DNA from: Tubiluchus corallicola
Taxonomy: Eukaryota > Animalia > Priapulida
Length of the DNA: 64,000 bases
Direction of reading: 5' to 3'
Assembly (NCBI GenBank): GCA_030141605.1
Contig: JAQGDQ010000156.1
Span: 1-64,000, forward strand
The notes under the pieces were generated by a model that saw nothing but the letters and a program-made list of their open reading frames with translations, ran no database searches and had not been told where the DNA came from. Positions 53,530 through 64,000 of this stretch are shown piece after piece (positions within the stretch are counted from its first letter, which is position 1; the number at the start of each line of letters is the position of its first letter). Position numbers and translations under genes: made by a program.

Positions 53530-53572
53530 GCTGCTGCTACTGCTACTGCTACTGCTACTGCTACTGCTACTG

Positions 53573-53612
<40 letters not shown>
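53350..53612. repeat. (TTA/TTG)n followed by (TAC/TGC)n microsatellite
   Basis: Direct reading; lies immediately upstream of the MPC1 start. Confidence 0.95.
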
Positions 53613-53730
53613 AAGTTAAACGCTTGCGTCTACCAATCTAGTGGAGCAGCACATCATGAAACGGTGGGAATTTTGGGGAATTATCACTGTTTTGCTTCTG
53701 TTTTTTACGCCTTTCAGGGCTGTTAGCAAA

Positions 53731-56700
53731 ATGGCTGCGTCCATCAAAGCCGCTGTAAAATATGTTACGAGTAAAGAAATGGGAAATTACTTGATGAGGT
53801 GTAAAGTTTGTTATTTACGTTTAACCAGACGCGGTTACGTTTAAGTTAGTGTTCAACAGTAATATTAATTTTTAGTCAAAAAGGCAACAAACCAAAAGTT
53901 ATGCTAATGCACCCTGAAGTGCCTAGATACTAGCTGCATCAATCATGCCATTGAATAATTTAATATCGCTAGCCCATGAATAGCATTGGGCGTGGCCACT
54001 GTCATTGCAAACTTTTAAATTTATTTATGTTTTTGAAGCTATTACATTACTTGGGAGACGACTGCGTGAACTATTAACATCATGACTAAGGAAGTCATTG
54101 GTGGTGATTGTCCCCAACATTCATGCATATTTACACCAACAGTTTATGCGTACATCATAAAGATATGTACATTACATTATACAATTTTTACAATATATGT
54201 ACAAAATTAAAGAAAACAGTTACACTTGACTCGTACAGTCTATTTATAGTACATTAACAGCATGCGATTTAATATAACTAACTAGTAAAAGTAGACCATA
54301 AAATTTTATTGTAGTGCTTTCTTATTACAACTTTATTTTCTCACATCAATTGTAAGTATGACACTAGGACAAAAAAGTTCATCAGGATGCCCGCGAAGAC
54401 GATGGAAAGAAGATAGTTGACTATTCTATAGTATCATCATTCAAAATCTTTATGTGCAATTACCTAATCAATAGTACTACGTCTTTATTCTCAATGAATA
54501 TTCTTTATGTGTAAAATCTAGTATAAGCACTTGTCTGTCACCATGATCCTGCAGATTGAGTTCATACATGCCTCTTTGAAGATTTCAAACATGATGAGAA
54601 ATTTAATATTACTGCCAAATATATGAAAGTGTTTTTCTACTACTGTGGGGTGGCTGACTTGATAATATGTTAATTTTGCATTTTTACTTTTATTCATTAG
54701 AGTAAACACCAGGGCTTGTGGAGTTGGTACATTAAACTCCTGACTCTGACTCCTAGAATTTTAGAAGATTCAACTCTGACTCCGACTCCGGCTTCCAAAA
54801 TTTTAGATTCGACTGTGGCTCCGACTCCTAAAATTTAGGAGCCCTAACTCCCGACTCCAACTCCCACTATTGCCTTTAAGTAATAGCTTGTAGTATTCTC
54901 AATATTTAGCTAAAGTGGCATTTCATAACTACTTAGTGTGCTCAAAAACTGTCTAACTGCATCGACACCAATGCAAAAGTGTCCCAAAATGTGACATTAT
55001 GCACAAATGCGTTTTAAAAGTTACAAGTAACGGGAGTTTGAGTTTGTCTATTTTTTACCGACTCCAACACCCACTTCTCTAACAATAACTGTACTCCTGA
55101 GTCCCAACTCCGACTCCTTCAGCAGTAAATTTACTGCTGACTCCAACTGCGACTCCACAGCCCTGGTTAACATTGTAGTAATGCTTCTTCTTGCTCAACA
55201 TTTTATGTTTTCAGTGGTATATACCGAATCCTAGTTGTCTTTGTTGTTTAGTACTACATTTTGCTGTATTAATTAACGAATTCCTTTTTTATATATTTTC
55301 ATATTTGCACTCCTGATGGCATCTGTTGATACATTACATCATCGTAAACTCATACAGTACGGTAAGCATTTTATGTGAATAGCATTTATTTTTAAACTTC
55401 AGCATACTTCCTCGTAATTTCATTAATTTTTAATGACATTTTGCTTTGTATGATGTTCTAAAAGTTGTTTGTTTATTGCTTTGGGATGTTAACTACATGA
55501 CCTTCAATTCTCTTCAAGTAAGGCCGACAATAAAAATACTTCTGTTTCCGTCTAATCTCAGGGGTAATATTTTTTATCGTGCGTTCGACCAGGAATTTTA
55601 TAATTTTTCTTGTATGTTCATATACTTGACGCAGTCATATGAAAGCGTAAAACGTAAAACAATAATTATTATAGCATTGTTCTTTCGGGGAACGCAGTTT
55701 TTCTGTATGGCCACGTTTTTCCGGCTAACTCTCGGCCAGAGTTGCTATTTTGTATGATGCTCATTGTATTGGAGGCTAAAAAATCTCGACTTTTCCGCCA
55801 AATCGGTGTATTAATGGCCAAGTAGTGTTGCTGCTTATACCATAATTATCAGAACATACACGTTCATGATAGAAAAAAAGAGATTATACGATAATCGATA
55901 ATTGCACGATGATTTAGTAATGTGAAACTAAAAAAACAAATGGTGAAAAAATTTGCATTGAAAAAATTTAAAAGTTTACTGTTAACCAGTGGGAAATAAA
56001 CAAAATTTGATTGCAACTGATTTTAAACATTCCACGATTCAGCTTTAAACAGTCACGAAGCTTTTAATTTTTTTTTTAATTTTTGAAAAAAATTGTCCTC
56101 CCTCCCTACTGATATCTTTTGAGCTCATGAGGTAAGAACAGAAACAATTTTTTGTGGCTGGGCCAATGCTGTGTTATTACAGTGTGCATGATTATGAAGA
56201 TTAATGCTGCTTTAAAGCAAAAGCCAAGTTTCTCGGGAAGTTGAGCTTATTCTAATATTTGTGAAAAATGTTAGAAAGTTTCAGCAATGAAATAAGTTAT
56301 AAGTTATAAGTTTATTTATTTCCACTCTGCATCTAACAGTTATAATAAAAATAAAGATAATTTCACTGAAGTAATTATAAATATAAATGCAATATTATCC
56401 AGAAATGACAAAATAGATTCTTATGCAGCATATACATGTGCAAATTACATTGCAGAATAATTTTATGCATACAGTTTGAGCCTAAAAGCATAGCTTGACA
56501 GGCCAAACTGTACTTGGAAATCTTAAAGAAGTGATTAATAATTGAAATAATGATAATATATACATAAAAGTTGGGGGGGAGTAGTGATTAAAAGATGAAA
56601 TGGAGCGAGAACTAAGAAAAATTGTGATAAGCGCCTCGTGTAGTTAATAATTTCAATTTAAAATCGCGATGACTTCATGCTTGGGAGCACTCATTTTGGT

Positions 56701-59700
56701 GAAAAATGGCACCATCTGGTCACTGTGCAATATAAACTGTTATTTTGCCAGGTGCTTCAGCAATCTTTTTTTGAACTTACAGAGCGAACGCTATAAACTA
56801 AGTAACCCATCCACTATCTACTCTATGCCACTGTTTACATGTGTATCCAAAAGTCAACGAAAGTCTGTAAATTAATTACATTTATGCAACTAATGTATGC
56901 TACTTAAACATTTTACGGTATAATCCTGTGGGTTAAAGCTATGTTTAATCTTGGTCATAACTGATCAAATGACTAATTTTTACATAAACAGTTAAATACA
57001 ACGGTAGAAAAACTGAACTTCTGAGTGAACTGTGGAAACTTCACACAGCTGCCTTCACAGCATTCATGCTGCCCAGCAGTCACAAGCTTACCTCATTTTT
57101 TTTCAAATATGCCGGCAGCGACGTTAGTTTGGCGGGAAATAAAAATATTTAAATTTCTTTTACATTTTTAAGCAAAGCATTCTATGCGTATATCTCGTGT
57201 GGTGATTTCATTATTTTTAATTGTATAATAATGATAATAATGATAATAAAAATAATAAATTTATTTGGAAATGCAAATGCAATATCTAGAAACACTGAGG
57301 AAAATAGACATTAATAATAATGATTTAATTTTAATATGACATCATGCATATAATAAATGGCAAGAACCAGAAGTAAAACCTGTTAGGTGCTTGCACCATC
57401 GTAAATACGTCAATAATAATTGAAAAAAAGAGCAAAAAAATGAGGGTTTTGGCAATTTAAAAGAAAAAAGGAGAATATATTAAAATGCAATAAATGTTGT
57501 TCGAGGGTTGATTCTTCCTTTAAACCTTGTTTGCGATTTCAGCATTTTTGGGGACCAGTAGCAAACTGGGGTCTACCATTAGCTGCAATAGCTGACATGA
57601 AAAAAGATCCAAAGTATATCAGTGGAAAAATGACTTTAGGTAACTTTACTGTAATTTTATGATCCTAAAGCTTATCTAGTTCACACGAATCTATAAACAT
57701 GAGAGACGATGATTAGTAATCATTTGTGGTGCAAGTTTATGGCTATTTTCTATAGAAGGTAAATTTAATTTACCTTTTGAGTTTTTAGTAAAACTGGGTA
57801 CATGATTTGATGTTTGGTTTGAATGTTTGTAAATGTGAGTTCTTTTAATCGCATATTTTTCAAAAAAGACATTAAAACTTGAGCTAGGTGGCAGCATATA
57901 AACTGCATCTGCTTGTGCACACCAGTTGGCAACAACTCAACAACTACCAGCTATATATGATTCATAATGAAACAATTTAATTTTATCATTATTAAATTTG
58001 GTTATGCCTATAAAGTGCCCTTGTGAGTCACTACTTGGGCAACATCAGAAACAAAATGAACTGTTTCAACTTGTGATAAAAAATAGAAATCTTGAATTCG
58101 TGCAGAAGTCATGTTTCACAAAATCAGTTTCATCAGACCAAGCACAAGATGCAAAATAATGTAAATTGTGGAATAGCAAACTGGGTAAAGTACAGTAATT
58201 AAGTAAGCATCTAACAGTACGTTAAATAATGCTTCATTCGCTTTCTGTATGAATGCTTCAGAAGATACATAAATGAGGACAACACGAGCTTTCAATCTGA
58301 AGACAGCCAGATTTCAGATTTAGATATATAAGTGAGGACAGTACTGTAGTATTGTTACACTATGGCAGTGAAGGCAACCCAATAATACAGTTTATTTGTT
58401 AATTATCATGTTTTTAAAACAAGGGTGTTTTAATTACAGTATAAAGATGATTAAGATAATATAATTTATTTTATTAATTTAATAATGTTTTTTTTTCAAT
58501 TTGATAACCTCTGCGTAGAAGATTGAGGAGTCTAACCTGAATATAGTTGTCTGTTGTTTTGTCATTAATCTGTGGTGAAACTTAATGCACCCCATTGTAG
58601 CACCAATCTTACTGAAGCCCAAGTTTGCAGCTCAAAATGGCTGCGTAAAAACTTCTGATTATGTTTTTCCATAATCTGTTTACTATTGATGATGGATTGT
58701 TTGTTGTTGTTTTTCAGCTCTTAGCATTTATTCCCTGTTATTTATGAGGTTTGCTTGGGTTGTACAGCCGAGGAATCTACTTCTGCTAGCATGCCACGCA
58801 ACAAACGAGTCAGCGCAAATCATACAGGGTTGCCGTTTCATCAAATTCACGTATGTGAAACTGAATAAACTTCTTTATACAATGAACAATAAATAGGATA
58901 ATGAATATTTTGAAATATTTTAACTGGTTTTTTCAATTCTCTGTATGTAAACTAAGTGTTGTTGTTGTTCTTCTTGTTGTTGTGGATGACCCTTTAAAAA
59001 AAGCCTAAGGCTGTGCAAACTTATAACAAATCGACATGAAACTACGTACAGATATATTAGAACTATGACTTACCGAATCTGATTTCCAATCATCTTCCAT
59101 TTTGAATTCACTGTGGCAACAATAACTTGATTTTTAAAAAAAGTAAAAACCTCTGCGAATTTGCCTTGCAAACAGATTATCACGAAACTTTATCCGAATG
59201 TGCTAGAACAAATTCTGCATCAACTGACAGAGCCAGATTTTGGGTCTGTCATTTTGAATTCTCAATGGCATCAGTGACTTCATTCTTGAAAAATCTTAAT
59301 GTGCTACCAATTTGCGACATACCGTCAATAAGCATATACTAGAATGAATTTTGCCAATGACTAAATCAGATTTTCCATATGCAGTTTTGAATTCAAGATG
59401 GCAGTGAGAATATCTATGAAACTCACATTTTAGAGCAAACAATAAACTTTGCAATTCACTTAATTAATAATTCACTTTTGACAAAACTGAAGCCTGTGAG
59501 ATTTTGGTGCTTGGAGTAGACCATTTTTTCTTCGAATAATCTTGTCTTTTACAACGAAGTGCAAAACTTTTGACAAATTTAACGAGTTGCTACTGACGAC
59601 TTGCTAATTATGTAACTTTCTAGTTATGTGGATGATGAAACACAAAAACCTGAACCTGGCACACCAGAACAAGCAAGGCAGTTACAAGAACAAGCTGAAC

Positions 59701-59744
59701 ATCATGACCATGACTTGTTGCAAAAGTTTGCAATTTACCTATAA
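53731..59744 (+). CDS. MPC1: Mitochondrial pyruvate carrier 1, 5 exons including a 4-nt microexon
   Basis: Exons 53731-53798, 55358-55361, 57543-57639, 58718-58850 and probably 59624-59744 give [100 protein letters not shown]. The last exon is less certain. Confidence 0.93.
54710..55165. mobile_element. hAT-like MITE with (CCGACT)n subrepeats
   Basis: Termini cagggcttgtggagttg / cgactccacagccctg; degenerate 8-bp TSD gtaaacac/gttaacat. Confidence 0.75.
56211..57523. mobile_element. Second copy of the 40277-41010 element, interrupted by two insertions
   Basis: Homology to 40277-41010 is broken at about 56290-56620 and 57225-57478 by AT-rich pieces beginning with simple-repeat tails plus tttatt (antisense retro-element 3' ends). 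Confidence 0.65.
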
Positions 59745-60395
59745 GTACTTAACAGCCGGTTACAAAATAAATAATTGCTATGGCACTGCTTTAATCAATA
59801 ATTATATATTGTAATATATTCATAAGTCAGCAGAAACCACTCGCATGTAATTTCATGGTTAATAAAGATGGGTGATTGTATTATTTTTCCTTGGGAAAAT
59901 CATTCCATATTATTTCACTTAAAGTTTTGTCCTAAAAGTGTTTGTCACATAAAATTTTGCCTTAATTACATTTATATTGTGTAATCTTAATTTACTAATT
60001 CACTGATTGCAGAAACATAAGTGATTACAGTGATCCGAGGAAATAGATACCCAGTGCTCAGTGTATTTGTAAAGTTTTTTTTCTGAATACCTGTTTGCAA
60101 CTGGTATTGTGTGTAGCCATGTTAAATCTGTTATTTCTAATTCTGCATCTTCACGATGGACAAAATACAGGTGCCGCAGTGTTTATCACCTGTCATTTTT
60201 TCACATTTCACATATTTAGGTTAAATTGTCGGAAGGCGTATTTGTGTATGTGGATGCTGCCACATTTGTTGCCAAAAAAATTGTTAGAGTGTAGTACGCG
60301 TTTTTGATACTGTTAATGTTTTTCGACAAATGTTAATGTTGCTAGGCCTTTTTGAGTTATTAAAGTTGACTGTGATGCAGATTGTAAATTAGATA

Positions 60396-60587
60396 TACAA
60401 TCAAGCCTCTTTATGTAACCTACTATGGGACTGTAAAAACAGTTGGTGTTGTTAAACTTTGGTTTCATAACGAGGTGAAGTAATAAATACTTGTCTATGC
60501 AAATATGGACATTTTGTTTAGCCAAAAATATTGGCATTAAGTGAGGTTGTCATTATAAATGGGGGGTTATAACGAGGTTTGATTGTA
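60396..60587. mobile_element. Tc1/mariner-pogo-type MITE
   Basis: TIRs tacaatcaagcctctttat / ataacgaggtttgattgta with a TA target site. Confidence 0.65.
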
Positions 60588-61877
60588 GTGTTGCACAATT
60601 GTGTTTATTGACACAAGTGACAAGTATACAAACTAATTTGTTATACTCGTTATAGCAATCAAGTTCCTTTTTGATAGCGAGATCACAATAATAATCAAGT
60701 TCAAGCTAAAACTGAACTTGTTGTTTTACAGGTGCCCAGTAATAGTCAAACGAAAAGGTCACAATTTTGGCTAAGAAAAACAATGTCGCAATTCATTTTG
60801 GTTAGGGTGGGTTATTTCGTTTTTCCTGTGCATTTTTACTGCAACTTTTTTGCCTTGTTAGTTTTATAGCTTGCATTGTGGAAGGGTTGTTTTACAAGTG
60901 GTGTGAGTAACATTTGCTGTGGTGACTAGTGAGCGACTCGTTATTATGAATGACTTTGCTAGTCTCTCGTTCTGCTGTGTTTGGTTTGTTATTGTTGGAA
61001 CCAGATTTTTTTGTAATTTCGCATACTTTTTAGGTGTGTTGCTATAAAGGTGCATTGGCTAAAATTGATCAGATTTCATAGGTTGATATTTTAACCTCTA
61101 AAATTTGCTCTTTCAACTGTGAGAGTATTTTATGGCTGTTAATATAAAGTAAAAGTATTGCGTGTAATAACTCAGGGCGTGAGCAGGAGTTTGTTAACTT
61201 CTTATCACTTTGTAAAAAAAAAGTTGTGTTGTTGAGTGTTATGAAATTTAAAAATATAGTTTTGTAAAAAATGATATTGTCTAAACTGTTGTTTAGCATG
61301 TGTTCTTATAAGCTGTTCAGTTCACAGTGGATGATTACCAAGTGGAACAACTACTGAATCAAAGCAAAAAACATCATTTGAACTTCAAAACAATTTATTG
61401 GAATGACTCTGATAAAATAGCAAAATTTTATTATGAATTATTGCAAGTTTGTTTATACTTTGAAAGAAATTAATAAACTTAATGTACTTATAATGATCAT
61501 ATACACACCTAATAAACAAGTGGCAAGTTAATAAAAATAGTCAAGCTTTTAAAAAGACAACAACAAAACACAATAAATATTACTAGAAACAAAAAAGATT
61601 CAATGTTATTAGACAAATAGTCCAAACAAAAACACTTGAGCAGAAAAGATTTGGAATGTGTTTTCAAAAAAATAAATTAGGGTCATAAAAGTATAAACTA
61701 TTTCTAAGTGCCATGTACTAGGCACGATAAGTAAATGTACTAGCTAAATCTTTTTTACATTATAATGCCAGCTGATTTTGATTGGCACATTTTACTTGAG
61801 CTTTGAATAAGGCACTTAATGATTTCATCAAATGGGGCTTCTAGCTGGACAGATGGCATTAAGTTATGAGTGTCCAA

Positions 61878-62035
61878 AATATGAAACATCATTGTTCAAA
61901 TATAGAACATCACTGCTCATATATGGAATGCCATTGTTCTAAATGCAAAATGCCATTGTTAAAATATGGAATACCACTGTTCATGTATGGAATGCCATTA
62001 TCCAAATATGGAGCACCATTGTCAATTGGAGCATC
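61878..62035. repeat. Degenerate 22-bp tandem repeat (aaatatggaatgccattgttc), about 7 copies
   Basis: Direct reading. Confidence 0.75.
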
Positions 62036-62905
62036 GGTACGAGATTTCTCATTGCAATGGTCTTCCAAACAAATTTTATATTCTTTACGCACATTGTCTG
62101 CAACCACAGGCCTTATACACATGTCAGCTGTATTTTTGATTTATACAATGCACAGTTTATAACAAATCTTATAAACATTTAATCACTGAAAAGACTAGAG
62201 TACTGTACAATAAGAAAAACAATTTTATAACCGCAACATTCACTTTTTAAGTTAGGAAATGCATATGTGAAGTGCAATCAGTTGAAGTACAGTATATTGT
62301 ACAAATAGAAGTACTATACATTAAACATAAGATTCATTCAATTGCACTTCTACACAAGACTCATTGCCATTAAGAAAGAACTGTAAGTAACATTAAAAAA
62401 ATATGTATGACAAGTTTTTCAAAAATAGACGTTGCAATGGCTGCATAGCAGCAATATAAGAGCCATCATTGTTACTTATAAACAAGTTTATTATAAATAA
62501 TTCTGAATAAACCTATTTTGATATAATAACAATGATGGAGCAGTCAAGTGAAGCGTATAACAAACACAGTCAAGGTATTTACATCTGAAGCACCCAAATC
62601 AGTGACATCACAAATATTATCATATTCACAGCATCAAGGATAGTATCACTAAGGTTTTCAGCACCACAAATATCATACTCACTGAATAAACAGCATACAG
62701 CGATTACTAATATGCGCAGGATTGTCCGACTGTATTTTGGAAACTACGCAAAAGCTAACAAAACAATATTTCGAGGAAAATTAAAAACACCAGTGCTTTG
62801 TATCACAAGATTTACTGCAACATGAATTTTGCTCTGTAATTTTACAAGTGCCAGTTACTACAGCTTTGTGACGTCTCTGCTGAAACTGCAGCAGGTTGAT
62901 CTGTT

Positions 62906-63091
62906 CTAAGGATTTCCCTTAGACACCAGTCTTCTAAGCATTTTGTTTGTCACCGGCCACCGACTCTTTTCTTTCCTCTCCTCTTCGGAGGAATCGTGCT
63001 CCGATTCGACATTCTCGGACTCGTGAATCGGCATTTTGACACCTTTGACAGCAAGGGCTTCTACATCTTTTCTCGCACAGCTGTAGTCAAG
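62906..63091 (-). CDS. Probable terminal exon of an unidentified gene extending beyond the window
   Basis: catttcag acceptor, then an open phase-0 frame LDYSCARKDVEALAVKGVKMPIHESENVESEHDSSEEERKEKSRWPVTNKMLRRLVSKGNP*. GC is elevated and a long UTR-like region follows. Confidence 0.6.
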   Translation of the reverse strand, partial: LDYSCARKDVEALAVKGVKMPIHESENVESEHDSSEEERKEKSRWPVTNKMLRRLVSKGNP

Positions 63092-64000
63092 CTGAAATGG
63101 ATACTAAGAGTCTTCAAATATCCGACTAAAATTATTATTTTTATTATTATTAACAGCCAGTAATTTCAAATATACTTTTACATAAGTAATTCATAAAAAA
63201 TGTTATCAGTCAAGATTATTTACACGATTAGTAATAAAACACCATAACGATAGTAAAAAGGATCAATGGGCCTAGTATTTCTGATAAAATATATAAGCAG
63301 TACAATTTCCTGCAAATTAACATGGTACAATGCAATCTAGAATTAACTGCAGCTGTGCTGTGTTTAAAAAATTGAAATCATTACATTCTAAGCATTTGAC
63401 GCATTCTCTAGCCATATTAACAATTACCGGTTGGTTTCCTATCAAAGCCTTTTTCCTCACTGATCTCCTTGTCAAAATTCCATTTTCTAATTGATAACTA
63501 CTACAGTTCAATGTGCAACATATATGATGTAAATTAAAACCCATTGCTGATTTAACAGTAAACAGAAATAGGAAACTACTACTGCAATCAAAACTAACCT
63601 TACGTATGTTACTGCACTGAAAGCTGTGTCTAAAATCAGAGCAACAGCAGACAAAAACTATAAATTTTCTAATTTGGCTGCGAGCTTTGCAGGCACTTCT
63701 ATGACCAGGGTCCGATCACCCAATAGACTAGTATAGATTGCAGCCTAGGACCCTCAACCTTTAGTAAATTTTGGTAAAAGTCTGTTTTTTCACTACGGTT
63801 GTGTTCAAATATGTGCTAGTTTGGTTTGCAATAAATAGTAAAATTGTGGTATTTCTTAAAAACTATTTTTATTGACAAACCGAAAGGTAGCTATTCTAGT
63901 CTATATAATGAATTTGCTGTAAGTTTACATTAAGCTATGCAAATATTGCTAAAATATATCACGAGTAAAACGTATCCTAGATGGGTATCAACGGCTTAGA

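Overview
Eukaryotic (invertebrate metazoan) AT-rich genomic DNA with GT-AG spliceosomal introns; no prokaryotic features, rRNA or CRISPR. All exon models were assembled by hand from splice sites and reading phase. Left half: a young LINE whose 5' part is inverted and duplicated (fold-back), then two tandem minus-strand paralogues of a short Gly-Pro-Ser-rich collagen-like protein. Each has Cys motifs on both sides of the helix and a shared, unrecognised C-terminal motif ending in a basic RRRLR cluster; one also has a His/Gln-rich insert. Minisatellites, MITEs and LINE remnants fill the spaces between them. Right half: an intronless Nopp140/NOLC1-like gene lacking an obvious LisH N-terminus, an intronless CRCP/RPC9 CDS with a 5' splice acceptor, a 10-exon CSTF2 (minus), a head-to-head MPC1 that needs a 4-nt microexon (TACG), and the last exon of an unidentified minus-strand gene. 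Best leads: the GPS-collagen pair (its large symmetric exon lies between inverted MITE copies), the MPC1 microexon, the Nopp140/CRCP arrangement and the LINE fold-back.
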